A stretch of 64,000 nucleotides of DNA from an uncultured Thermoplasmatales archaeon (GCA_964414415.1 CAYPWJ010000005.1:11772-75771); one strand, 5' to 3'. Shown: positions 39,691 to 50,012, counted from the stretch's first letter. Made by a program: numbers and translations. The notes: generated from the sequence alone by a model not told the origin.

Positions 39691-40374
39691 ATGCACCTTC
39701 GGGCGCCTGCCAGCATGCTTTTTCTCTTCCTTGCACTGCCGCTTCTACTTATCCTGCTCATCCTTTTGTTCGTGGGCGCCATCAACGAGGTGTTCCAGAC
39801 GCTTGGGTTTCCACCCTGGGTCGCCATCGCGCTGCTCGTCGGCGTGCTCGCCGGCAGCTTCGTCAACATCCCGGTGTGGCAGATAGAGGGGCAGCAGGAG
39901 CATGTCTCCTATGACACCGCGCGGTTTCCCGTCCGACCGGTCAAACACGTCGAGAAGGGCACAACCACCATCAACCTCAACCTGGGCGGCGGCGTCATCC
40001 CCATCTGCATCTCCCTGTTTCTGCTCGTCAGGCTGCCCGCTGCCCGCTACCCGCACATCCTAGCTGCCACGGCCATCGTGGCGGCGGTGTGCTACAAGCT
40101 GGCCCGCCCTATCCGAGGGACGGGTATCGCCATGCCGGCGCTCATCCCGCCGGTGCTGGCCTCGCTGCTGGCTGTCGTGCTGGCCCCGGAGCAGGCCGCC
40201 GCGGTGGCCTTCGTGTCCGGCGTCATCGGGGTTCTCGTGGGCGCCGACCTGCTGAACCTGCCGAAGCTGGCCCATATCGGGGCAGGGGCTGCCTCAATCG
40301 GCGGTGCCGGGACGTTCGACGGCATCTTTCTCACCGGCATTCTCTCAGTGGTCCTGGTCGCGATACTACTATGA
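39691..40374 (+). CDS. integral membrane protein (DUF-type, about 6 TM)
   Basis: Hydrophobic throughout. Gly-rich C-terminal segment GAGAASIGGAGTFDGIFLTGIL. ATGA overlap with the downstream helicase. Confidence 0.5.
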   Translation: MHLRAPASMLFLFLALPLLLILLILLFVGAINEVFQTLGFPPWVAIALLVGVLAGSFVNIPVWQIEGQQEHVSYDTARFPVRPVKHVEKGTTTINLNLGGGVIPICISLFLLVRLPAARYPHILAATAIVAAVCYKLARPIRGTGIAMPALIPPVLASLLAVVLAPEQAAAVAFVSGVIGVLVGADLLNLPKLAHIGAGAASIGGAGTFDGIFLTGILSVVLVAILL

Positions 40375-43037
40375 AGGAAAAGCTGGATCACGCGCTCCGG
40401 GAGGTCATGCAACGCGAGGGGCTCGAGGAGCTCACGGAGCCGCAGCGCCGGGCGCTGCCACCACTACTCCAGGGTGACAACTGCCTCGTCATCGCGCCCA
40501 CCGGGATGGGCAAGACCGAGGCGGCGTTGATACCGCTCTTCCAGCGCCTGCTCGACGGCGGCACCTCGGCGGGCGTCAGCCTGCTCTATGTCACGCCGCT
40601 GCGGGCGCTCAACCGTGACATGCTCCGCCGGACGCTGTCCTGGGGCGAGCAGCTGGGCATCGACATCGCCGTCCGCCACGGCGACACGACGCGGAAGGAA
40701 CGGCGGCGGCAGTCGCTGCATCCACCGGACATGCTCATCACGACGCCGGAGACAGTGCAGATACTGTTCACCGGCTCCCGACTCAGGAAGAGCCTGGAGG
40801 ACGTTCGCTCCGTCGTCGTCGACGAGGTACACGAGCTTGCCGGCACCGAGCGAGGGGCACAGCTGAGCGTGGCGCTGGAGCGCATCGAGGCGCTGGCCGG
40901 CCCGGTGCAGCGGGTCGGGCTGTCCGCGACCGTCGGCTCGCCGGAGGAGGTCGCCCGGTTTTTGAGCGGCGGCGACCCCGTCGAGATAATCGAGGCGATG
41001 GGCGGCAAAGACATGGACATAGACGTGCTGCTGCCCGAGGTCACCACCAGCGATAGAAAGCGGGCTGCAGCGCTGGCAATCGATGCCAGGATGGCGGCGG
41101 TGCTCCGCGTCGTCCAGCAGATACTCAAGGAGCACGTGTCGGTGCTGCTGTTCGTCAACACCCGGGATACGGCGGAGCTGCTCGCTGCGCATCTACACGA
41201 GGTCGACGCCTCAATCGAGGTGCACCATGGCTCCCTGTCGAAGGACAGCCGCATCGCCGCGGAGGATGCATTCAAAAACGGCGAGGTGAAGGCCCTCATC
41301 TGCACCTCGTCGCTTGAACTCGGCATCGACGTCGGCCACACCGACTACGTCATCCAGTTCAACTCCCCTCGGCAGGTCACGAGGCTGGTGCAGCGCGTCG
41401 GCCGAAGCGAGCACCGTGCGGGTGCAACCGCCAGGGGCGCCGTCATCGCCACCAATCCCGAGGACTACGCCGAGGCGACGGTCATCGCCCAGCGGACCAT
41501 GCACGGCGAGCTGGAGCCGACGCGCATCCGCCGCAAACCGCTGGCGGTCCTCGCCAACCAGCTTATCTCCATCGCCATGGAGTACCGGAGCATAGAGAGC
41601 GACGCGCTGTTCAATCTGATCCACGGTGCAATGCCATTCCAGGACCTGGAGCGAGAGACGTTCGAGGCGGTGCTGGAGCAGCTCCACCGGCAGCGCATCC
41701 TGTGGTACGACGGCGACAGCGTCAACCGCAAGCGGAAATCCCGGCAGTACTTCCTCGACAACATCTCGATGATCCCCGACGAGAAAAACATCGACGTCGT
41801 CGACCTGTCCAGCAACGAGCAGATCGGGACGCTCGACGAAAGCTTCGTCGTCGACTACTGCGAGCCCGGCGCGCAGTTCATCATGCAGGGCCGGACCTGG
41901 GAGGTCGTCGAGCGCGGCGAGGTGCTCAGGGTGGCGCCGGCCGGCCGGACCAGCACGACGCCCGACTGGACGGGCGAGGAGATACCGGTCCCCTTCGAGG
42001 TCGCCCGTGCCGTCGGCGTCATGCGCCGGCGGGCTGCAGCCGGCGGGGACGTCGACGACGTCATCAGCGAGCAGGTCAGACGGCAGCAGGACGAGGGCTT
42101 TGCAGTGCCCTCCGACCAGCTGCTGACCATTGAAGTCGGCGAGGAAACCATCTACCTCTCCACGCACTTCGGCAGCCGGACCAACGAAACCGTCGGCCGG
42201 CTCGCGGCGTCGCTGCTGGCGCAACGGCTGGGACAAAGCGTCGGCATGGACAGCGACAGCTACCGCATCTACCTGCGCATCGCCCGGCCCATCCCCACCT
42301 CGCTGGTAACGGAGGTGCTGACCTCCATCGAGCCCGGCAACGTCGAAGCACTGCTCAGAGTCATCCTCCGCCGCAGCTCCTATATCCGGTGGGAGCTCGT
42401 CAAGGTCGCCCGGAAGTTCGGGGTGCTCAGCAAGGACGCCGACCCCTACCTGCTGTCGATGGAGACGCTCATGGATGTCTTCTCAGGGATGCCGCTCATG
42501 GAGGAGGTCATCGACCGCGTGATATGGGAGAAAATGGACGTCGAGCACGCGATGCAGGCGCTGCAGGAGCTCCGGGACGGCACCCTGGCGGTGGAGGAGC
42601 AGCACGTCTCGCCGATGTCACTGCAGGGTGAGTCACCAAGGGGCGAGATACTCCGGCCGGGCGACGTCGACGCGGCGGTCCTCCGCTCGCTCGAGAAGCG
42701 GCTCATGAAGGCACGGGTCACGCTACGCTGCATGAACTGCAGCCACGAGTGGCACAGCACCGTGACGCGCGCCACGCCGCAGTGCCCGCAGTGCGGGAGC
42801 CGCATGGTCGCCGTCGCCCGCGGCAGCCTCGGCAGCCGGAGTCACGACGAGCTGGTGAAGAGCGCGTCGCTGGTCGCCGAATACGGCAGGAAGGCGATGC
42901 TGACGCTGGCGGGCTACGGCGTCGGCCCACAGACGGCAGCGCGCATCCTCGGGAAGCAACTCGAGGGCAACGCCCTGCTGAAAGAGATCCTGCAGGCCGA
43001 GATAACCTACAGCCGCACCAGGGAGTTCTGGGACTAA
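40371..43037 (+). CDS. lhr: Lhr-like large DEAD/DEAH-box helicase with C-terminal zinc ribbon
   Basis: Motif I APTGMGKTE, II VVDEVHEL, III SAT, VI QRVGRSEHR. About 888 aa with a C-terminal CMNCSHEWHS...CPQCGS ribbon. The upstream 94 codons of the long ORF are Arg/Gly-rich and were rejected. Confidence 0.85.
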   Translation: MKEKLDHALREVMQREGLEELTEPQRRALPPLLQGDNCLVIAPTGMGKTEAALIPLFQRLLDGGTSAGVSLLYVTPLRALNRDMLRRTLSWGEQLGIDIAVRHGDTTRKERRRQSLHPPDMLITTPETVQILFTGSRLRKSLEDVRSVVVDEVHELAGTERGAQLSVALERIEALAGPVQRVGLSATVGSPEEVARFLSGGDPVEIIEAMGGKDMDIDVLLPEVTTSDRKRAAALAIDARMAAVLRVVQQILKEHVSVLLFVNTRDTAELLAAHLHEVDASIEVHHGSLSKDSRIAAEDAFKNGEVKALICTSSLELGIDVGHTDYVIQFNSPRQVTRLVQRVGRSEHRAGATARGAVIATNPEDYAEATVIAQRTMHGELEPTRIRRKPLAVLANQLISIAMEYRSIESDALFNLIHGAMPFQDLERETFEAVLEQLHRQRILWYDGDSVNRKRKSRQYFLDNISMIPDEKNIDVVDLSSNEQIGTLDESFVVDYCEPGAQFIMQGRTWEVVERGEVLRVAPAGRTSTTPDWTGEEIPVPFEVARAVGVMRRRAAAGGDVDDVISEQVRRQQDEGFAVPSDQLLTIEVGEETIYLSTHFGSRTNETVGRLAASLLAQRLGQSVGMDSDSYRIYLRIARPIPTSLVTEVLTSIEPGNVEALLRVILRRSSYIRWELVKVARKFGVLSKDADPYLLSMETLMDVFSGMPLMEEVIDRVIWEKMDVEHAMQALQELRDGTLAVEEQHVSPMSLQGESPRGEILRPGDVDAAVLRSLEKRLMKARVTLRCMNCSHEWHSTVTRATPQCPQCGSRMVAVARGSLGSRSHDELVKSASLVAEYGRKAMLTLAGYGVGPQTAARILGKQLEGNALLKEILQAEITYSRTREFWD

Positions 43038-43066
43038 CGTTTTAAACGCCCTGCCGTTGCCGTGGC

Positions 43067-43489
43067 ATGCAGGTCAAAAAGCAGGGCAACATCTACATCG
43101 CCAAGTTCACAGAGGGCGACGCACTCGAGAACCTCGAAGGACTGGCACAACGCTTCGATATCCGTTCCGCCGTCATCCTGTCGGGCATCGGCATGCTTGA
43201 CGAGGCATCGATCGGCTACTACGACGGCACGGAATATGCAACGACGACGCTGGAGGAACCGGCCGAACTGGTATCCATGAACGGCAACGTCGGCCGCAAG
43301 CGAGATAGCAACACCGTGGCCTGCCACCTCCACGTGGCGCTGGCACAACGCGACCACACGCTGGTGGGCGGCCACCTCATGAGCGGCAAAGTTGCCGTGG
43401 TCAACGAGATAGTGCTGCAGCGTCTCAAGCCCGGAACGATTCACCGGGTGGAAAACGAGCAGGGGCTGCTCGAGATGCAGCTCGAATGA
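43067..43489 (+). CDS. PPC/DUF296 domain protein (PD1-like DNA-binding fold)
   Basis: AVILSGIGMLDEASIGYY...HLHVALAQRDHTLVGGHLMSGKVA-VNEIVLQ matches the PPC-domain pattern. Confidence 0.7.
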   Translation: MQVKKQGNIYIAKFTEGDALENLEGLAQRFDIRSAVILSGIGMLDEASIGYYDGTEYATTTLEEPAELVSMNGNVGRKRDSNTVACHLHVALAQRDHTLVGGHLMSGKVAVVNEIVLQRLKPGTIHRVENEQGLLEMQLE

Positions 43490-44026
43490 TTATTCGAGGA
43501 ACATAGCCGCAGCCAGAACCGTCGTCCACTGACCGGGTGTACCCGTGGCAGCGGCTCCCACACTTTGGGAGTGCACGATGCGGCCGCTCATCCGGTACCG
43601 CTGCCGGCGTTCGTCCCACTGCTGCTCCGGGTCGAACTCCAGGCCGAGTGTCGTCGCCAGCATCGTCGCCGCCAGGTCTTCTGCATGATCGCCGGCCTGC
43701 CCCGCGCTTTCGTGCTCGCCGTGATACTCGGAGAGGTAGCCATACAGCGTCTCGTCGGCCGGCAGCGCCATCCCGACCGCCGCCGTGACATCGCTAGCCT
43801 CGCACGTCGTGTTTTTGGCCAGCACACAATACGTTATCTCGCCGGCGCGCAACCGCCGTTGTCCCTCCTCAAACGGGACCACCTCGCAGCCCGGAGGAAC
43901 GATGCTGGAGACCTCCACCAGGTTGCAGATGGCGACCCCGGCGTCGCGGAGCGCGAGCTCGAACGACTGCAGCCGATGCTTGTGGACGCCGGTGCCGCTT
44001 GTCAGGAAAAGCCTGGATGGACGCAT
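43490..44026 (-). CDS. pdaD: pyruvoyl-dependent arginine decarboxylase
   Basis: MRPSRLFLTSGTGVHKHRLQSFELALRDAGVAICNLVEVSSIVPPGC is the PdaD hallmark, with the Ser precursor of the pyruvoyl group in the SS region. The internal Met at 44026 was chosen. Confidence 0.85.
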   Translation of the reverse strand: MRPSRLFLTSGTGVHKHRLQSFELALRDAGVAICNLVEVSSIVPPGCEVVPFEEGQRRLRAGEITYCVLAKNTTCEASDVTAAVGMALPADETLYGYLSEYHGEHESAGQAGDHAEDLAATMLATTLGLEFDPEQQWDERRQRYRMSGRIVHSQSVGAAATGTPGQWTTVLAAAMFLE

Positions 44027-44055
44027 CGTTGTGACATGCCCACGGGATAATAAAT

Positions 44056-45060
44056 CTATCGCAGGTGCTCCGCGACGACCTGCGCGAGACCGACGACGTC
44101 TCCATGCCGTTTCAGCTGCAGGTAGCACTGCGGCGACGCGGTGACAACCGTCGCTTGTGTATCGGTCGCCGCCGCCAGCAGCCTTCGCGCCATTTCGTCC
44201 GCCATCTCTGGAAATGCCGCATGGAAGGCGAGGTCGCCGCCGCAGCAGCCGGACAGCTCGTGGTGCCCCTCGAATTCCACGAGGTCGCCAGCCCGGCCGA
44301 GCAGCTCACGGGGCGCCTCGTATACCTCCAGCTTCCGGCCCAGCACCGAGGGGTCATGGTAGAGCATCGCTCCACCCCGGGCGTCGAGCTCGACATCCTG
44401 CCGGAGCAGGAACTCGGAGAGATGCAGCAGCTCCACCTCATCAGCGAGCGGCTGCAGCGCCAGCAGACCGCTCGGGCAGCTCACCACCAGGGTGTCGATT
44501 CCGTGCGCCTCGATGCGCTCCCGTATCGCCTCAAGCCGGGTATTGTCCACGCCGATGACGTCAAGCGGGCTGCCGCAGCATCCCTCGATAACGGCAACGT
44601 CGATGTCAAGATGGTCGAAGATGGCAAGGGCCGCGCTGCGGAGCTCCGGCGCCCGATAGGTAGCGACGCAACCCGGAAAAAAACCGATGGTGCCACCGTG
44701 GCTGTCGGGGCGCTTTTCTTCACCATACACGGTGCCGTGCTCCCGGATGTGGTTCACTATCTCCTCGTGAGCAGGCAGCAACGTCGTCAAATCGCGGCGT
44801 GCCGCCTGCACGATGTCGCGTATCGGTATCTTGGAGGGACAGTCCTGCTCGCATCGGCCGCAGAGCGGGCAGCGCTGCAGCGCCTCGACCAGCGATTGGT
44901 CCTCCTCGAGCTCGCCGGTGAGGAGACCGTTAGAGAGGAAGACTTTGCCGCGGCCGCTGTCCGCCTCGGTGCCGCCGATGTCCAGCGTGGGGCAGTTCTG
45001 TTTGCAGTAGCCGCAGCCGGTGCAGCACATCAGGTCGTGTTTCAATGCTTCGAGATGCAT
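44056..45060 (-). CDS. Fe-S oxidoreductase subunit with two [4Fe-4S] motifs and CCG domains (GlcF/HdrD-like)
   Basis: CTGCGYCKQNCP and CPLCGRCEQDCP, then two Cys-rich CCG-type clusters (GCCGSP, SGCCGG). Confidence 0.85.
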   Translation of the reverse strand: MHLEALKHDLMCCTGCGYCKQNCPTLDIGGTEADSGRGKVFLSNGLLTGELEEDQSLVEALQRCPLCGRCEQDCPSKIPIRDIVQAARRDLTTLLPAHEEIVNHIREHGTVYGEEKRPDSHGGTIGFFPGCVATYRAPELRSAALAIFDHLDIDVAVIEGCCGSPLDVIGVDNTRLEAIRERIEAHGIDTLVVSCPSGLLALQPLADEVELLHLSEFLLRQDVELDARGGAMLYHDPSVLGRKLEVYEAPRELLGRAGDLVEFEGHHELSGCCGGDLAFHAAFPEMADEMARRLLAAATDTQATVVTASPQCYLQLKRHGDVVGLAQVVAEHLR

Positions 45061-45064
45061 GGTA

Positions 45065-46483
45065 TCACGGGTACCTCAGGTATTTGATGATGCTTCCCTG
45101 CCACTGCATGACCTTGCCGGGGTTCATGATGTTCTTCGGGTCGACCGCCTGCTTGATGTCGCGCATGAGCTGCAGCGTATCCCGGCGCTCCAGCTGCATC
45201 CAGGGCGCCTTGGAGATGCCGATGCCATGCTCGCCGCTGACGGTCCCCTGAAGCTCCAGGACAGCGCGATAGATGGCGTCGACCGCTGCCTCGGCGCGGT
45301 CCCAGCTGCCCTCCTCCAGAGGATTGATGAGCACCTTTGTATGGAGGTTGCCGTCGCCCGCGTGGCCATAGGTGCCGACCAGGATGTCGTGCTCGTCGGC
45401 GATCTCCTGGAATCGACGAATGGCGATGGGGATGCGGGAGATGGGGACTGACATGTCGTCGGCCAGCGAGACGGAGACGGAGTCCTCGCCGTAGCGCGAC
45501 AGCGATGGCAGCACGCTCTTGCGACCCTGCCACAGCGACGCCATCTCGTCTTCCTTGTGAGTGAAGTCGACCGTGGTGGCACCGCTCCCCCGGCAGATGT
45601 CCGCGACGGCTTCGATGTCCTCCTTGATGACCGCCTCGTCGCCGTCGACCTCGGCCAGGATGATAGCCTCGCACTCGGGCAGCCCGACACCGGTGGACTG
45701 GTTGACCGCCCGGATGCATACCTCGTCCATGATCTCCAGGCCGGAGGGCTGCAACCCGGATGCGACGACGTTTGAGATGCCCTGCCCGGCCTGCTCGAGG
45801 TCGTCGAACGAGGCGATGGCGATCGCCCGGCTCTTTGGCAGCGGCAACAACCGCAGCGTTACCTTGGTGATGACGCCGAGGGTGCCCTCGCTGCCGACCA
45901 TCAGCCGTGAGAGCTGGTAGCCAGACGAGTTCTTGATGGTCCGGGTGCCCATGTGCGCGACGGAGCCATCAGGCAGGACGACCTCGAGGCCGAGGACGTA
46001 GTCACGGGTGGCGCCGTACTTGATGGCGCGCATCCCGGAGGCGTTGCAGGCCACCATGCCGCCGATGGTGCAGACGTCGCTGCTGCCGGGCGACGGCGGG
46101 AAAAAGAAGTTCTCTGGTGCCAGCTGCTCGTTGAGCTTCGCGTATATCACGCCCGGCTCGACGACGCAGTAGAGGTCGTCGACGTTGACCTCGAGCACCC
46201 GGTCCATCGCTGACATGTCAAGCACGATGCCACCCTGTATCGGCACAGCCTGGCCTGACAGCGCGGTGCCCGACCCGCGGGCCACCACCGGCACCTCGTG
46301 CTCGTGGGCGACGGTGACGATGTCGCTCACCTGATCGGTGCTGCGGGGCTGCACGACGACGTCGGGCGTCCGATGATGGATGGAGGCATCGAATCCATAT
46401 GCATAGAGACCAGCCAGCGAGGTGATGAGCCGACCGTCGCCGACGACCTCCCGGAGCTCTTCCATGACCTGACTCGAAAGCAT
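45065..46483 (-). CDS. FAD-linked oxidase (GlcD/D-lactate dehydrogenase family)
   Basis: FAD-binding PCMH domain (VVARGSGTALSGQAVP), then EHGIG and the C-terminal FAD-oxidase_C region. It pairs with the Fe-S subunit 5 nt downstream. Confidence 0.9.
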   Translation of the reverse strand: MLSSQVMEELREVVGDGRLITSLAGLYAYGFDASIHHRTPDVVVQPRSTDQVSDIVTVAHEHEVPVVARGSGTALSGQAVPIQGGIVLDMSAMDRVLEVNVDDLYCVVEPGVIYAKLNEQLAPENFFFPPSPGSSDVCTIGGMVACNASGMRAIKYGATRDYVLGLEVVLPDGSVAHMGTRTIKNSSGYQLSRLMVGSEGTLGVITKVTLRLLPLPKSRAIAIASFDDLEQAGQGISNVVASGLQPSGLEIMDEVCIRAVNQSTGVGLPECEAIILAEVDGDEAVIKEDIEAVADICRGSGATTVDFTHKEDEMASLWQGRKSVLPSLSRYGEDSVSVSLADDMSVPISRIPIAIRRFQEIADEHDILVGTYGHAGDGNLHTKVLINPLEEGSWDRAEAAVDAIYRAVLELQGTVSGEHGIGISKAPWMQLERRDTLQLMRDIKQAVDPKNIMNPGKVMQWQGSIIKYLRYP

Positions 46484-46506
46484 GGATGGATAATATACAG
46501 GATATT

Positions 46507-47745
46507 TTAAGCGTTGCCGTCAACAGCTTGGTTCTGTCCTAAAAATTCTTGCAATCTATCTCTATTTGCCTCAGGAAATTTATCTTTATATAGCACTAAT
46601 ACTCGGTCTATTTGTGTAGCTTGGCCCTTTTTTTCATCTCCCCATATCCGACTGACTTTGTTTTCGGTGGGAAGTTTATCTTCAATGATTGAAGCAAGTT
46701 TAAACTGCGTGTGAGGAGCTACCTCTTCCCAGAGCACGTTTGCCAATTTTGTGTGTCTCTCTTCGTTTCTTTTTCCTATGTCACCGACAACGATTGCGGC
46801 CACGCCGTTATCTGCTAGCACCGACTCTATACTATGAAGGAATGTTAAGAAAAATTCGCCATAATTCCGACGGGAATATGCGTCGCTCAAACATTGGTCA
46901 ACTTTTTTTGGGTCAATATCAAGTAGCCATAGTCGAATCCAATTGTATTTCCCATATTTTATAATATTTATATAGGGAGGGGAACAAACCACCAATTTAA
47001 CGCTGTTTTTTTCAAAATATTGGTTTTGAATTGAGGGTAAATCTCTAACATCTGCCAGATATGCTTTTCCTCGATTTGCAGGCAAATCATCCTCATATAG
47101 CCTATCAAGTTTATGTCTCAAGTTGTCGAAGGCATCTAAAGGTAATTTTTTCAAATTTTTTTCTTTGATATAGTTTCTTACATAGTTGGGAGACATGCTA
47201 AAGGTGTTCGGCATACTTATGCTGAGATAACTAGAGGTGTTACCGGATTTGTGATGCTGACCGTGTAAAATTCCTGCTAAGCAAGCTAATAAGAATCTGT
47301 CAATATCATCATTTTTATCAAGATTGTTTTTCAGATATACTATCTGTTCCAAGGTGGATTCATGAAAAAGCATCGATATATCATCGGGAACACTGCGAAT
47401 GTTATCTCCCCCAAAGTTGGTAGATAGCTCTAATATTCTATCTAATGCCTCATCTTTAGTGGGGGGTTTGAGTTTAGCTTCTGTTATGAGATGCGCTAGA
47501 GGATTCAAGTCTACACCTACTCCAACTCTACCTTCAAGACATGCTTGCAAAGGGGTAGTACCACTCCCACAAAACGGGTCAAGCACAACATCTCCTTCGT
47601 CGCTAAATAATTGAATAAAGTAATGTGGAATCCTTGGAGGAAAACTTGCCATATAAGAGCACATAGAATGAAATGAGTGCCCCCATCTTTTCCGAAGTAA
47701 TCGCCAACGATTCTCATCCCACTTTGTTTTCGCCATTATATTCAC
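46507..47745 (-). CDS. DNA N6-adenine/N4-cytosine methyltransferase (N6_N4_Mtase-type motifs)
   Basis: AdoMet motif I block SFHSMCSYMASFPPRIPHYFIQLFSDEGDVVLDPFCGSGTT near the N-terminus and catalytic motif IV VVCSPPYIN about 190 aa later. Confidence 0.85.
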   Translation of the reverse strand: MNIMAKTKWDENRWRLLRKRWGHSFHSMCSYMASFPPRIPHYFIQLFSDEGDVVLDPFCGSGTTPLQACLEGRVGVGVDLNPLAHLITEAKLKPPTKDEALDRILELSTNFGGDNIRSVPDDISMLFHESTLEQIVYLKNNLDKNDDIDRFLLACLAGILHGQHHKSGNTSSYLSISMPNTFSMSPNYVRNYIKEKNLKKLPLDAFDNLRHKLDRLYEDDLPANRGKAYLADVRDLPSIQNQYFEKNSVKLVVCSPPYINIIKYGKYNWIRLWLLDIDPKKVDQCLSDAYSRRNYGEFFLTFLHSIESVLADNGVAAIVVGDIGKRNEERHTKLANVLWEEVAPHTQFKLASIIEDKLPTENKVSRIWGDEKKGQATQIDRVLVLYKDKFPEANRDRLQEFLGQNQAVDGNA

Positions 47746-50012
47746 AGATTCATGGACTCGGTGAGTCTCTCAATGGATATAAGAGAATGTATAATAGTTC
47801 TTGCGGCTCTTTGTAACTCTGACTCAAATACTTCCTCTGGTATGTCGGGGATGCCATCGGCCTCCATTTCCGGTAATTCTTCTTTTCGATAGAAGTGTTG
47901 TAACCACGCACAAAAAGCTACGTACACCGTATAGTTATCTTTGAACCGGTTTATCCATTTCTCAGAATAGCGTGATTTCTCCAGTTGCTCTTTAAAGTAA
48001 TGAAATTCCATAGAAACCAATATGTCTATTGAATCAGCCTCCTCTTTTACCTCTGCAACATTATTCTCGTCCCAACCTAACCTTTCCCACGCCGGCGTTT
48101 GTTTTGATACTCGTCTTATATTTGGAAGCGAGATTTTTCTTTTTGTCCCTTCTCCATAATCAGCTGTGGGTGGCTCTTTTACAATCCCTTTCCGTTCTTC
48201 TTTAAGTGGACTCTGATTTGGCCGGGTTAACACTGCTGTTATTGATACTTCCTCCCCTATTTCAGCTTCGTCAGATGTTTCTAAAAAGCAGCGAAGTCTT
48301 CCTCCATCAAAATAGGAATGTCCCCTAACATTTATGTGGTCTTCGGGCTCTATTAGCAACAATATTTTATTTTGTCGACTCAAATAACCATCTTCTGCAT
48401 CGCTCTCTATCTTCAATTGGGAAGAACGGCCTTTCACCAGAGGGATTGGATCTTGCTTATTTGCGATTTTTATGTAGGTGGGGATTTCCCGGGTCTCAAG
48501 AGGCTCTGGCGGGGTATAGCTTCCTCTCTTAGACGTTCCTGTCTGTGTTTTATCCCCAGAGGATGTGCCGCCTACAGTCTCGGTTTCCCCTCTAACGTAG
48601 TCAATTAATTTTCCTAATTCCTCTTTCAATTTTTGCGTTTCTTCTTCACTTGTCTCTGATAAAATCTCTTGGTGTCTTTGTTTCTCTAATGCCCTCAGAT
48701 CATCATCATTTCTTAAAGCGGTGCGGATAGCTTCCTCCATTTGATCACGGACCATACCTTTATTGAGCCTCTCACGTGTGGAACTAAATAATTCTCTCTT
48801 ACCTTTTGCAGTAAGAGTGTCACAACTTACCTCTACAATGAGATATTTTGATAAGTAGGGTAACTGTAATTTATTTCTGATAAAAGAGCGGGAAAGATAA
48901 CCATGGGTTTGCCCGTAATGAGTGAAGTAAATAGGGTGTCGTTTATCAACATAAGCCTCAACAGGATAGGACTTATCGGGATCATGCCTCAGTACCCAAT
49001 AACGGACTATCACTTTGCCATATTTTCCCGTAGGTCTTAAATTTACCTCACAGACGTCACTTTTTTCTATCAAATCACGTGGATCACTCTGCAGACGGGT
49101 ATAATTCCCAGCAATTGTCCTAGACTTAGTTTTCTTCCTATTATCCGTTACATAGACAGGCAGCACCGGATCAAATAAGGAACTTTGAATGAGCCACCAC
49201 AAACTGCCAGTAGGTGCTGTCAGAGTTGCTGAATATTTTGGAAGCTCAAAATCAATATGTTTGATGTAAGTGCCTTCAAAATTATTACCTAAACCCAACT
49301 CTGTTGGCGGAATTGTTAATACTTCATTTTCATCTGTTACAAGATACTCGTAAGTACCATTTTTGTATTTTTCTGGATCTCGTTCTCCATAACGGACGAT
49401 CGTCATACCTACCACATCTTCTGCGTCCTCCCCTAGTAAGTCGGGTGGACGGCGGGAAATAATAATTGTATATTTACTATATCTGAAAGTTGTCTGTCCT
49501 CCCTGGCCATAAGCTCCTGCTAGATATAGCTTAGTTAATTTATTACTCTCGTTTAGGCTTAAAAGAGTATTAGGAAAATCAAGCGGATGTTGCCCGACGC
49601 CTTTATCCCGAATTACCAGGGTAGGAGTTCTCCTTTTTGACCCTTTATACATTTGTATTTGGATATTATTTTTCGCCAATTTCCGTCTCTCTGTAGAGGT
49701 AAGAGTATCCAAATGCCCGGTTTTTACTCCAAACCATTCTTCTACCGCTTCCCTTGGATTATCCGGGTAGTTATCCATCTCCGGATTTTCAAGGGCAGCT
49801 CTTTCTAATATTGCATCAATGGCATTAGTGAGTCTCTCAATAAAGCCCTCCCCAGGATCTGCACCCATATTTATAACGCCAACATTGTTTTCTTTATCGC
49901 CCACCGGCCGCCATTGTAAGTTATATTTATCCTCTACTTTATTAATAAAACCCTCCATTTCGGTAGCTTCATTGATATTCAATAGTTCTTCCATCTCGCT
50001 TTCTGTAAACAT
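47742..50012 (-). CDS. large GHKL (Bergerat-fold) ATPase protein, prokaryotic MORC/paraMORC-like; C-terminal about 500 aa unassigned
   Basis: N-terminal N box GFIERLTNAIDAILERA (ExxxNxxDA), G1 box VIRDKGVGQ (DxGxG) and G2 box GAYGQGGQTTF (GxxGxG). The 4-nt overlap with the MTase suggests translational coupling. Same AT-rich codon usage. Confidence 0.7.
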   Translation of the reverse strand: MFTESEMEELLNINEATEMEGFINKVEDKYNLQWRPVGDKENNVGVINMGADPGEGFIERLTNAIDAILERAALENPEMDNYPDNPREAVEEWFGVKTGHLDTLTSTERRKLAKNNIQIQMYKGSKRRTPTLVIRDKGVGQHPLDFPNTLLSLNESNKLTKLYLAGAYGQGGQTTFRYSKYTIIISRRPPDLLGEDAEDVVGMTIVRYGERDPEKYKNGTYEYLVTDENEVLTIPPTELGLGNNFEGTYIKHIDFELPKYSATLTAPTGSLWWLIQSSLFDPVLPVYVTDNRKKTKSRTIAGNYTRLQSDPRDLIEKSDVCEVNLRPTGKYGKVIVRYWVLRHDPDKSYPVEAYVDKRHPIYFTHYGQTHGYLSRSFIRNKLQLPYLSKYLIVEVSCDTLTAKGKRELFSSTRERLNKGMVRDQMEEAIRTALRNDDDLRALEKQRHQEILSETSEEETQKLKEELGKLIDYVRGETETVGGTSSGDKTQTGTSKRGSYTPPEPLETREIPTYIKIANKQDPIPLVKGRSSQLKIESDAEDGYLSRQNKILLLIEPEDHINVRGHSYFDGGRLRCFLETSDEAEIGEEVSITAVLTRPNQSPLKEERKGIVKEPPTADYGEGTKRKISLPNIRRVSKQTPAWERLGWDENNVAEVKEEADSIDILVSMEFHYFKEQLEKSRYSEKWINRFKDNYTVYVAFCAWLQHFYRKEELPEMEADGIPDIPEEVFESELQRAARTIIHSLISIERLTESMNL

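Noticed and set aside
40089-40370. 94-codon upstream extension of the helicase ORF
   Set aside because: The extension is Arg/Gly-rich (AGAGLAAGCRAGPGAGRRGG...) and overlaps the upstream membrane-protein gene. MKEKLDHAL at 40371 has an ATGA overlap with that gene's stop.
47742-50012. Housekeeping GHKL enzyme (topoisomerase VI B subunit or HtpG) as the identity of the 756-aa protein
   Set aside because: Its box sequences (RLTNAIDA / RDKGVG / GAYGQGGQ) do not match my recollection of Hsp90 or Top6B boxes, there is no Top6A/Spo11 neighbour, and it sits in an AT-rich island coupled to a DNA methyltransferase. A profile search is still needed to confirm.
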